64,000 nucleotides of DNA from an uncultured Oscillospiraceae bacterium. Lineage in GTDB: Bacteria > Bacillota > Clostridia > Oscillospirales > Acutalibacteraceae. This document shows positions 36,707-44,571 of this stretch, one piece after another. The notes beneath the pieces are model-generated. The model searched no databases. It had not been told where the DNA came from and saw only the letters and a program-made list of their open reading frames with translations. Numbering within the stretch: the first letter of the stretch is position 1; each line of letters begins with the position of its first letter. A program made the position numbers and the translations under genes. The stretch covers positions 1,145 through 65,144 of the forward strand of contig USIA01000001.1 in assembly GCA_900554535.1 (NCBI GenBank), written 5' to 3'.

Positions 36707-38447
36707 GTCAATGAAACGCATTATTCGATGGGCTGGCAAGTACAGAGGTCGTCTTTATCTTGGCTCTGTATTCTCTTTTTTCAGTAGTTTATCTACAGCC
36801 ATCCCGACAATGGCTGCTGCTTATGCGCTGGATAAATCTATTCAGGCATATTGGGCGCATACCACAATTGACGCTTCTTTGATCTGGAAAATGCTGTGGA
36901 TTATTGTTGGCTCTATTGCGTTGAATTTCCTGTTTTCTTATCTACGGGCAATTTTGCAGGAAAGTATCGGCTATGAAGTTGCCGCAGGACAACGCATCCA
37001 CTTGGGGGACGTTCTGAAACGGGTTCCCCTTGGGTACTTTTCACAGAACAGTGTCGGTGACATTCTGGCCGGAGTTACCACGGAATTATCTACTTTGGAA
37101 TTACAGGGCATGAAAATGGTGGATGTCATCATCAACGGTTATGCAAAATTTATTGCCATCGTTTTATGCCTGATCTTCTTCAGCCCTGTTGCGGCGGTTA
37201 TTTCCATTGTCGGCGTTGCTCTTTCGGCGCTGGCTTTGCAGGGGATTAGCAGACACAGTGAAAAAACCGCTGCAACAACCCATAAAGCAATGGAAGATAT
37301 GTCCGGCGCAGCGATTGAATACATCCGGGGGCTTTCCATTGTGAAGTCCTTTGGACAGGAAGGTGCTTCTATTGAGAATTTTCGTAATGCCAGTAAGGAA
37401 TTGAAAGATATTCACATCAAGGTAGAAAAGGGCTATACACCATATAACTGCCTACACCTGTTTGTGTTGAAGCTGGCATCTATGGGGATCGTCTTGGTAT
37501 GCGCGTGGCAAGCATTGCAAGGGCAAATGAGTATATCTGTTTTTCTGATGTTTGTTCTTTTCTCCTTTGTTCTTTTTGGCAGCGTGGAAAATATCAATGA
37601 TGCTGCGCACACTCTTGGGGTTATTGATTCTGCCATGAACAAGTTGGAAGCATTAGAGAATGTAAACTATATCGACCAGGATGGCACCGATATAAAACCG
37701 GCAACCTATGATATTGAGTTTAGGGATGTTTCTTTCGGATATGACAGCCGGATTGTTCTGCATGACCTGAACTTCAAAATTCCGCAAAATAGCACAACGG
37801 CCATCGTGGGGCCATCTGGCAGCGGAAAATCTACGCTGTGTAACCTGATTGCCCGTTTCTATGATGTGAACAGCGGAACGATTACCATTGGTGGAACGGA
37901 TATTCGCCGATTTACCTGCGATAGCTTGCTAAAAAATATCAGTATGGTTTTTCAGAATGTCTATTTGTTCCGGGATACCATCAAGAATAACATTAAATTC
38001 GGCAGCCCGGACGCTACGGATGAACAGATTATCGCCGCCGCAAAAGCAGCCCGCTGTCACGACTTCATAATGGCTTTGCCGGACGGTTATGACACAGTGA
38101 TTGGTGAAGGGGGTTCTTCGCTTTCCGGCGGTGAAAAGCAAAGAATTTCTATCGCCAGGGCGATGCTCAAGGATGCTCCCATTGTTATCTTGGATGAGGC
38201 AACCGCAAGTATTGATCCAGAGAATGAGCATTTGATCCAAGAAGCGATTTCTGCTCTAACACACGGTAAAACTATTATTACGATTGCCCATCGTCTGGCC
38301 ACGATTGAGAACGCCGACCAAATCCTTGTGATTGATGGCGGAACTGTAGCTCAGAGGGGTACGCATAAGGAACTGCTGCAACAGGAAGGGACTTATAAAA
38401 AGTTCATCCAGATCCGCGAACAAGCCGAAGGCTGGCGAATACAGTAA
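36699..38447 (+). CDS. ABC transporter TMD+NBD, IrtB/YbtQ-like
   Basis: RIHLGD.L.RVPLGYF, EYIRG, GPSGSGKS, DEATASIDPENE; ATG 36699 after AAGGAGG. Confidence 0.88.
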   Translation: MFKSMKRIIRWAGKYRGRLYLGSVFSFFSSLSTAIPTMAAAYALDKSIQAYWAHTTIDASLIWKMLWIIVGSIALNFLFSYLRAILQESIGYEVAAGQRIHLGDVLKRVPLGYFSQNSVGDILAGVTTELSTLELQGMKMVDVIINGYAKFIAIVLCLIFFSPVAAVISIVGVALSALALQGISRHSEKTAATTHKAMEDMSGAAIEYIRGLSIVKSFGQEGASIENFRNASKELKDIHIKVEKGYTPYNCLHLFVLKLASMGIVLVCAWQALQGQMSISVFLMFVLFSFVLFGSVENINDAAHTLGVIDSAMNKLEALENVNYIDQDGTDIKPATYDIEFRDVSFGYDSRIVLHDLNFKIPQNSTTAIVGPSGSGKSTLCNLIARFYDVNSGTITIGGTDIRRFTCDSLLKNISMVFQNVYLFRDTIKNNIKFGSPDATDEQIIAAAKAARCHDFIMALPDGYDTVIGEGGSSLSGGEKQRISIARAMLKDAPIVILDEATASIDPENEHLIQEAISALTHGKTIITIAHRLATIENADQILVIDGGTVAQRGTHKELLQQEGTYKKFIQIREQAEGWRIQ

Positions 38448-38458
38448 GGGAGGTCTTG

Positions 38459-38830
38459 ATGAAACTTCATGCGTCCGGGGAGGACTACCTGGAAACCATC
38501 CTTGTTCTCCAAAAGAAACTCGGTATGGTACGCTCCGTAGATGTGGCCCGGCACATGGAGGTGTCAAAGCCCAGCGTGTGCCATGCAGTGGCTACCTTGC
38601 GGGACGGCGGCTTTCTTATGATGGACGAAGATCACTTTCTCCATCTGACCGATGTGGGCCGGGAAGTGGCGGAGCAGATCTACGAAAAGCACCGCTTCTT
38701 TACCGACCGGCTGATCGAGGCCGGCGTAGACCCGGAAACGGCGGAAAGGGACGCCTGCCGGATGGAGCATGTCATCAGCCAGGAGTCCTTCGAGCGTCTG
38801 CGCGATGCCTATAAAACCAAAAAGGAATGA
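38459..38830 (+). CDS. DtxR/MntR family metal-dependent regulator (ICE copy)
   Basis: SGEDYLE, VSKPSV, EKH, DACRMEH. Confidence 0.92.
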   Translation: MKLHASGEDYLETILVLQKKLGMVRSVDVARHMEVSKPSVCHAVATLRDGGFLMMDEDHFLHLTDVGREVAEQIYEKHRFFTDRLIEAGVDPETAERDACRMEHVISQESFERLRDAYKTKKE

Positions 38831-38859
38831 TCCGCCCGCATAGCAAACGGGTAAAACAG

Positions 38860-38894
38860 TAACGCGGCCGGGCACATCGAACCCGGCCGCGTTA
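38860..38894. terminator. Hairpin between convergent dtxR-like and xre genes
   Basis: TAACGCGGCCGGG...CCCGGCCGCGTTA. Confidence 0.65.
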
Positions 38895-39221
38895 TTCGTC
38901 TTTTTGAAATGCTTCCGCCTGTTTGCAAAGCGCAATATATTTTTCAATTTCCGCCTCACTTTTCCCGGCAAAGAAGTCTACAACTGTTTTTGAAACCGTC
39001 TGATTTACCATGTCTGGAAAAATGGCAGCATCCACGCTGATATTTAACTCTTTGGCGACAAGAGCCACCGTTTCAAATTTGGGGTTACTCTGGCAGGTTT
39101 CCAAATCTATGATTGTACGGGCGTTCATATTGAGCCGTTCAGCCAATTTTCTCTGTGTCAAATGCTGCCGCTTACGTTCTGACCGCACTTTCCATGCAAA
39201 CAAGTCAAGAGGATTGTTCAC
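38892..39221 (-). CDS. Xre/Cro-CI family HTH repressor
   Basis: LTQRKLAERL...IIDLE...SNPKFET HTH_3 pattern; divergent from the sigma-like gene. Confidence 0.88.
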   Translation of the reverse strand: MNNPLDLFAWKVRSERKRQHLTQRKLAERLNMNARTIIDLETCQSNPKFETVALVAKELNISVDAAIFPDMVNQTVSKTVVDFFAGKSEAEIEKYIALCKQAEAFQKDE

Positions 39222-39254
39222 TATACATCACCTCTACCTCATTGTAGGGTGTGC

Positions 39255-39327
39255 TATCGCTCATATAAATAACCATATAACTCATATTGTGTGAGTTATA
39301 GCTCATAATTTGAAGCAAAGAGCTATA
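39255..39327. promoter_or_regulatory. Putative Xre operator array
   Basis: TATCGCTCATA, TATAACTCATA, TATAGCTCATA at exact 21-bp spacing plus inverted copies. Confidence 0.65.
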
Positions 39328-39429
39328 TGGATAAGAGTATCAAAATAAAGGAGCGCAAAATAAAATGGGGCTTACCGCCCACTCGAAAAGCCCTAACACC
39401 AATTAAAAAAATATTCAAATAACGTAGGG

Positions 39430-39469
39430 GCGAGCCATACTCATAGAAGTGAGTTGTGGCTCGCTTTTT
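39430..39469 (+). terminator. Terminator/attenuator upstream of the sigma-like gene
   Basis: GCGAGCCA..ACTCA...TGAGT..TGGCTCGC + TTTTT. Confidence 0.65.
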
Positions 39470-39717
39470 ATATACTTCAATTCACATCCGATAAAGCCCC
39501 GCATTTTGACAACCTACGATTGGGTATCGGATGCCGTTCTCCGCCTCGTTTTGCTCCGGCCTATAAACCCGAACAGAACGAAAGGAACAATTCTATGAAC
39601 GGCAGGAAAAATTTTCATACCAATCTTAAAAATCAGCCAAATGAACCCGTTGGTGAACGAGTAGTGAGCGAAAGGGGAAGAAAAGAGCTGCCTCCCAGCA
39701 CGAGGGTAGGTGAAAAC

Positions 39718-40143
39718 TTGAAACTAAACCGCTACTACGAACACAAGCAGCACGCCTTTGACAGCTATTGCAAAAAGGTGTTGAAATGCGAGGCATGTAA
39801 CGGCTATCGGCAGATCAGCCGTCATCAAAAACGTTTTGCATCTTTGGAAGAACTGTCCGAGGCAGATGTGGCCCAGCTTGCAGTTTACGATCGTTACTCA
39901 TGGGAGTATACGGCTTTTCCCGTGGGAAATGCTGTTGTGCTAATCGAGAACGACCGATTGGCCACAGCACTTCTACGGCTGTCACCAAAAGACCGGGAAA
40001 TTTTTATGATGCACTGGTTTCTATGGATGACAGACGAACAGATAGCAAAGTGCATGGGCATGGCCAGAAGAACGGTCAATACTCGCAGGTATAAAGCCTA
40101 TCGGCTGCTGAAAAAGCTGATGGGAGGTGAAGCGGATGACTAA
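39718..40143 (+). CDS. Sigma70 region-4-like regulator (Tn916 Orf7-like)
   Basis: HAFDSYCKKVLK, C-terminal HTH MTDEQIA...RRTV; probable TTG start. Confidence 0.82.
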   Translation: MKLNRYYEHKQHAFDSYCKKVLKCEACNGYRQISRHQKRFASLEELSEADVAQLAVYDRYSWEYTAFPVGNAVVLIENDRLATALLRLSPKDREIFMMHWFLWMTDEQIAKCMGMARRTVNTRRYKAYRLLKKLMGGEADD

Positions 40144-40378
40144 ATCTGCGCACACACGGGCATCGCTGCTTCCTTACCCGATAATCGCTGCCGCTGTTGC
40201 AGGAGACGCCGAAGCAGTGAGCCGGGTAGTCCGGCATTATTCTAGCTACATTGCTGCACTGTCAACTCGGACGAGCTATGGCTCTGACGGCTATCCTCGT
40301 CTGCAAGTTGATGAAGAACTGCGCAATCGTCTGGAAGCAAAACTGATAATTGCTATCCTTGATTTTGACTTAACCTGA
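40136..40378 (+). CDS. HTH protein (Tn916 Orf8-like)
   Basis: LLPYPII.AA..GD.EA...V..HY..YI, VDEELRNRLE.KLI. Confidence 0.85.
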   Translation: MTKSAHTRASLLPYPIIAAAVAGDAEAVSRVVRHYSSYIAALSTRTSYGSDGYPRLQVDEELRNRLEAKLIIAILDFDLT

Positions 40379-40429
40379 TTCAACGTAGGCATCGTGTGCT
40401 GTTCCCCTTTCCATACGGTGCCTTTTCTA

Positions 40430-40740
40430 GTTCTTTGACAAAGAAAGCCCGCAGGACAATGGCGGTGCATCATAGAGCAAACGGATACGTTGCTGTCTGT
40501 ATCGAGCCGGACGGTAGGTGCGCCACGATGCTTTTCTCTGAAAAGTGGAGCGATCACCACCACGCCGCAATGCAAGCGCGGCTGCTTGCGGGCCATGACA
40601 TACAGGCAGGCTGATACTCCCTTACCGTCAAAGTCCGAGCGTTCAGAGCGTCGCAGGCAATGAGTAGGGCTGCATGAGGAATGCAGGGGTGAGATTCCCG
40701 TGGGTTGCTGCCAGCAGCCATCCGTTGGCTCATTTTTTGA
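40430..40740 (+). ncRNA. Candidate structured cis-acting RNA (canT-like antiterminator)
   Basis: Non-coding gap between orf8-like and tnpW-like; boxA-like GTTCTTTGACAA; several hairpins; resembles, from memory, the Tn916 orf8-xis intergenic region. Confidence 0.5.
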
Positions 40741-40764
40741 TTTTTAAGAAAGGGGATTTTTACG

Positions 40765-40944
40765 ATGCAAGCGAAAAAGACAAACCCTGAAAAAACAAAA
40801 AATCCAGAGATGCTTACTCTGGATTCGACTTATCGTATTGGCAATCGCTCCTTTATCGTTGAGCCGGTGTTCAAAGAAGAAAGCTCCCAGACCTTAGGAG
40901 AAGTTCTTCTCCGGCTGATGAAATCCGAAAGCGAAAAATTATAA
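40765..40944 (+). CDS. TnpW-like small protein (possible recombination directionality factor), 59 aa
   Basis: Manual translation MQAKK...TYRIGNRSFIVEPVFKEESSQTLGEVLLRLMKSE; RBS AAGGGG; below ORF-track cutoff. Confidence 0.72.
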   Translation: MQAKKTNPEKTKNPEMLTLDSTYRIGNRSFIVEPVFKEESSQTLGEVLLRLMKSESEKL

Positions 40945-41042
40945 TGACCTTTCGGGAGGCAGCGGACAGAGAAAGCGGATTGTGTTATAATATAGGTGTA
41001 CAAGTGAATTTGCTATTCGACTGTCCCAAGAAAGGAGCGAGT

Positions 41043-42752
41043 ATGAAACAGTCGAGTAACAAGAAATCCCGTGAAGCAACCGCTTTTCTCTATGAGCGTC
41101 TTTCCCGTGATGATAATTTGGAGGGCGAGAGTTACAGCATCGGCAACCAAAAGAAACTGCTCACCAAAGTTGCAAAGGAAAAAGGCTATACCAATCTGGT
41201 TCACTTTCTGGATGATGGCATTTCCGGCGTGACCATGAACCGTCCCGGTTTCGTTGAAATGATGCAGCAGCTTGAACAAGGAAAAGCCTCTGCTGTGTTC
41301 GTCAAAGACCTTTCCCGTCTGGGCCGAAACTATATCGAGGTCGGGCGGCTGACAGAAGAATTTTTCCCAGACCATGACATCCGACTTGTTGCCGTTTCGG
41401 ACAACATCGACACGGCCGAGGGAGAAAACGAACTGGCACCCATCCGAAACCTGTTCAATGAGTGGTATGCCCGTGACATCAGCAAGAAACGCCGTATCAG
41501 TAATAAAATCAAAGGCAACTCCGGCGAACCGATGGGACTTCCTCCCTATGGATATATCAAGGACCCGAACAATCCCAAGCATTGGGTCATTGATGAAGAA
41601 GCTGCACAAGTTGTCCGGCGCATTTTTGATATGACGTTGGAGGGCTTTGGCACGGAACAGATTGCCACCCAGTTTGAAAAGGAAGGCATCCTGACGCCGC
41701 AGGCCTACTGGATTCAGAAAGGCATCGGCCGTCCCGGAAAGACCAAGACGCGCCCCGCCACCAAGTGGAATGGCTCCACGATTACCCATCTTCTGTACCA
41801 GCAGGAGTATTGTGGTGATGTTCTGAACTTCAAAACCTACTCCAAGTCCTACAAGAATAAGAAGCGGATTCATAACGACCCGGAAAATTGGGTTGTGTTC
41901 CAAAATATTCACGAGCCAATTATTGAACGTGCCGTGTTTGAGCAGGTACAGCAGAAGCGCGGAAAAATGCGCAAACGCCGTACCAACAACGGAGAACACA
42001 ATATGTTCTCTGGCTTGCTTGTCTGCGCAGACTGCGGCTGCAATCTGCATTTCCACTTCAATCAGGGCAACCCGGAAATCAAGTATTTCAACTGCTCCAA
42101 CTACAAGGGCAACCGTGGCACCTGCCAATCCACCCACTACATCAGGGTAGACTTTCTGGAAGAAGTGGTGCTGGGCGAGATTCGGCGGCTGACCAAGTTT
42201 GCCAGCCTCTATGAGGACGACTTTTTGAAGGCTATTATCGGGCACTCCCAGCAGGCGGACGAAGCCGACCGCAAGCTGAAAGAGAAAGAGTTGAAAGCAC
42301 TCCTTGCCCGTGATGAAGAACTGGACGGCCTTTTTGAGCGCATCTATGAGGACAATGTTTCCGGCAAAATCTCTGACGAGCGCTTTTCCAGAATGTCCCG
42401 GAGATATGAGGACGAGCAAAAGGAGCTGACCGAGAAAATCAAACAGCTCCGCTCCGAAATCGAAAAGCAGAGCAGCCGTACTATGACAACGGATATGTTC
42501 ATCAGTCTGGTTCGCAAGTACACCAGAGCAAAAAAGCTGACACCCCGGATGCTGAATGAACTGGTTGAAAAAATCGAAGTGTTCAATGCAGAAAAGGTCA
42601 ACGGTGTGTGGGAGCAGCGGCTCCGCATTCACTACAACTGCGTGGGCACCATCGAGATTCCAAGCGCACTTCCTTTGCCGACACCCGATGTGTCGGTGAA
42701 TACAAGAAAAGGCGTAGTTGTGAACTACGCCCCCTGTGATGTCGCTATTTAG
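41043..42752 (+). CDS. Large serine recombinase (resolvase + recombinase + Zn ribbon + DUF4368-like)
   Basis: YERLSRDD catalytic Ser, DDGISG, KDLSRLGR, CADCG Zn ribbon, coiled coil; ATG 41043 after AAGGAG. Confidence 0.95.
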   Translation: MKQSSNKKSREATAFLYERLSRDDNLEGESYSIGNQKKLLTKVAKEKGYTNLVHFLDDGISGVTMNRPGFVEMMQQLEQGKASAVFVKDLSRLGRNYIEVGRLTEEFFPDHDIRLVAVSDNIDTAEGENELAPIRNLFNEWYARDISKKRRISNKIKGNSGEPMGLPPYGYIKDPNNPKHWVIDEEAAQVVRRIFDMTLEGFGTEQIATQFEKEGILTPQAYWIQKGIGRPGKTKTRPATKWNGSTITHLLYQQEYCGDVLNFKTYSKSYKNKKRIHNDPENWVVFQNIHEPIIERAVFEQVQQKRGKMRKRRTNNGEHNMFSGLLVCADCGCNLHFHFNQGNPEIKYFNCSNYKGNRGTCQSTHYIRVDFLEEVVLGEIRRLTKFASLYEDDFLKAIIGHSQQADEADRKLKEKELKALLARDEELDGLFERIYEDNVSGKISDERFSRMSRRYEDEQKELTEKIKQLRSEIEKQSSRTMTTDMFISLVRKYTRAKKLTPRMLNELVEKIEVFNAEKVNGVWEQRLRIHYNCVGTIEIPSALPLPTPDVSVNTRKGVVVNYAPCDVAI

Positions 42753-42756
42753 CAAA

Positions 42757-42809
42757 TAAAAAATGACGAATGCTCTTTGACAGCTAAATGCTGTAAGAAC
42801 ATTCGTCAT
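42757..42809. terminator. ICE-end hairpin; replacement terminator for the tRNA operon
   Basis: ATGACGAATG..CTT..ACAGC-TAAAT-GCTGT-AAG..CATTCGTCAT with a T-run on the minus strand. Confidence 0.72.
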
Positions 42810-42815
42810 GATGCG
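42809..42815. repeat. attR core (TGATGCG)
   Basis: Shares TGCG with attL; overlaps the tRNA-Leu 3' end. Confidence 0.8.
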
Positions 42816-42891
42816 GATAACAGGACTTGAACCTGCACGGTTGCCCACTGGTACCTAAAACCAGCGCGTCTGCCAATTCCGCCATATCCGC
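42812..42891 (-). tRNA. tRNA-Leu(TAG)
   Basis: GCGGATA...CTGGT-TTTAGGT-ACCAG, long variable arm, GTTCAAG, TATCCGCA. Confidence 0.95.
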
Positions 42892-42958
42892 ATATTCAAT
42901 CATATTTTCATCCTGTCTGATGATAAAAAAATAACGGAAAGCAAATGCTTTCCGCTAA

Positions 42959-43031
42959 TGAGGCATCGGGGATTCGAACCCCGGACAACTTGATTAAAAG
43001 TCAAGTGCTCTACCGACTGAGCTAATACCCC
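42959..43031 (-). tRNA. tRNA-Lys(TTT)
   Basis: Cloverleaf, anticodon arm CTTGA-CTTTTAA-TCAAG. Confidence 0.95.
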
Positions 43032-43041
43032 ATAAAAAGGA

Positions 43042-43113
43042 CTGGGCTAGCTGGATTCGAACCAGCGAATGCAGCAGTCAAAGTGCTGTGCCTTACCGCT
43101 TGGCGATAGCCCA
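43042..43113 (-). tRNA. tRNA-Gln(TTG)
   Basis: TGGGCTA..., anticodon loop CTTTGAC. Confidence 0.95.
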
Positions 43114-43123
43114 ATGGGCGAAG

Positions 43124-43198
43124 GGTGGATACAGGGATTCGAACCCTGGGCCTCCAGAGCCACAATCTGGCGCGCTAACCAACTGCGCTATACCCACC
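43124..43198 (-). tRNA. tRNA-His(GTG)
   Basis: G-1, anticodon loop TTGTGGC, C73. Confidence 0.95.
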
Positions 43199-43202
43199 AC
43201 AA

Positions 43203-43276
<74 letters not shown>

Positions 43277-43294
43277 ATGCTCTCTTCTCAGAGA

Positions 43295-43365
43295 AGCGGG
43301 TGATGGGAATCGAACCCACGTATCCAGCTTGGAAGGCTGGTGTTCTACCATTGAACTACACCCGC
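43295..43365 (-). tRNA. tRNA-Gly(TCC)
   Basis: GCGGGTG..., anticodon loop CTTCCAA. Confidence 0.95.
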
Positions 43366-43392
43366 ATGCTTGCGGTAATAAGTTTACAGCAG

Positions 43393-43467
43393 TCGGGGTG
43401 ACAGGATTCGAACCTGCGGCCTCCTGGTCCCAAACCAGGCGCTCTAGCCAAACTGAGCCACACCCCG
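43393..43467 (-). tRNA. tRNA-Pro(TGG)
   Basis: CGGGGTG..., anticodon loop TTTGGGA. Confidence 0.95.
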
Positions 43468-43552
43468 ATGTACCATTTACTTATGGTTTTTATTAAGTTG
43501 TTGTCGTCTTCGTTTGTGTTTCGTTTTCGTTTCCTGCCTGACGACAAGTGAT

Positions 43553-43581
43553 ATTATATTATAGCAATCTACAAATGTCAA
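43553..43581 (-). promoter_or_regulatory. Sigma-A promoter of the tRNA operon
   Basis: Perfect TTGACA-17 nt-TATAAT on the minus strand with an A-rich UP region. Confidence 0.88.
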
Positions 43582-43729
43582 CACCTTTTTTGAATTTTTT
43601 TAAAAAAACTTTTTTTCACGTTTTTTCCGCCTATTTAAAGGTTTTCTTGTCATTTGCGACTGGCTTATGGTATCATGAAACCATAATTAAAGTCAAGAAA
43701 AAAAGCAAATAATAAGGAGATGTTTTTAC

Positions 43730-44503
43730 ATGGATATAAAATTATTTCAGCAGAAGCTTAATGACATCTGTGCCATCGCTGAGGAAAACAATAAGCAGCT
43801 CTCCCAGCAGCAGATCCGTGACCATTTCGATGAATCGGATCTGAGCACTTCACAGCTTGTAAAGATCCTGCAGTATCTCAAATTAAAAGGGATCACCATC
43901 GAAGGCGCCGATGAAGGCACCGGTGCTGCCAGAGCAGATGCTGTTTCATCCGAATCCAGCGACAAAGAAGAGCTTCCGGGTACCCGTGCTGCTCTTACTG
44001 CCGAGGAACAGGCTTATCTCAGTGACTATATGGAAAGCTTTTCCCCGGAGGGACTTGATCCGGATGATCTCGCGTCCCTCTTTCAGGCCTTTGCAAAGGG
44101 AGACACTGCTGCCGAAGGTGCACTGACACAGTTCTACATGGCTCAGGCAGCCCAGATGGCCGCTGAACTGAACTGTGAGGAAATCCACCTGGCTGATCTC
44201 ATTCAGGAGGCAAATCTGGCCCTTCTGGCGTCTCTCAAAGAGACAGACCCACAGGAGAAAAACGATGCCTGGATGCGTGGTCGTATCCGCAGTGGGATCC
44301 TTCATGCCATTGAGGAACAGACACAACAGAAATTCCGTGACGACTATCTGGTATCCAAGGTAGAAAACCTGGAGGCTGCGGTTAAAGAACTCACAGACGA
44401 TGATGACGCCACCAAATTCACCATTGATGAGCTTGCCGTGATCCTGGATATGAATGTGGATGAGATCCGGGATGTACTTCGCCTTACCGGAGATGATAAA
44501 TAA
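43730..44503 (+). CDS. Truncated sigma70-like protein
   Basis: Region 1.1/1.2-like N-terminus, LADLIQEANLAL (region 2.2-like), TIDELA (region 3-like); no region 4. Confidence 0.7.
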   Translation: MDIKLFQQKLNDICAIAEENNKQLSQQQIRDHFDESDLSTSQLVKILQYLKLKGITIEGADEGTGAARADAVSSESSDKEELPGTRAALTAEEQAYLSDYMESFSPEGLDPDDLASLFQAFAKGDTAAEGALTQFYMAQAAQMAAELNCEEIHLADLIQEANLALLASLKETDPQEKNDAWMRGRIRSGILHAIEEQTQQKFRDDYLVSKVENLEAAVKELTDDDDATKFTIDELAVILDMNVDEIRDVLRLTGDDK

Positions 44504-44524
44504 AACTTTCTTCATATTCTTCAC

Positions 44525-44557
44525 AAAAACGGGTCTGACATAGCTTGTCAGACCCGT
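44525..44557. terminator. Terminator between convergent genes
   Basis: ACGGGTCTGACA-TAGCT-TGTCAGACCCGT. Confidence 0.75.
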
Positions 44558-44571
44558 AATCTTAATATTCT

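Larger units (their letters stand above)
10061..42815. mobile_element. Integrative conjugative element (VirB4/VirD4/MOBP relaxase, large serine recombinase) inserted in the tRNA-Leu 3' end
   Basis: Complete conjugation module, relaxase/MobC, recombinase; TGCG at 10061-10064 and 42812-42815; removing the interval restores tRNA-Leu ending CCGCACCA plus a terminator; backbone visibly more GC-rich than the host. Confidence 0.92.

Noticed and set aside
40500..40720. Group II intron-like words (GTGCG, GAGCCG, GGGGTGAGATTCCC)
   Set aside because: No coherent domain V/VI and no RT gene; better explained as the ICE regulatory RNA candidate.
41013..42848. 611-aa ORF antisense to the recombinase
   Set aside because: Mirrors the recombinase codon frame and starts inside tRNA-Leu; shadow ORF.
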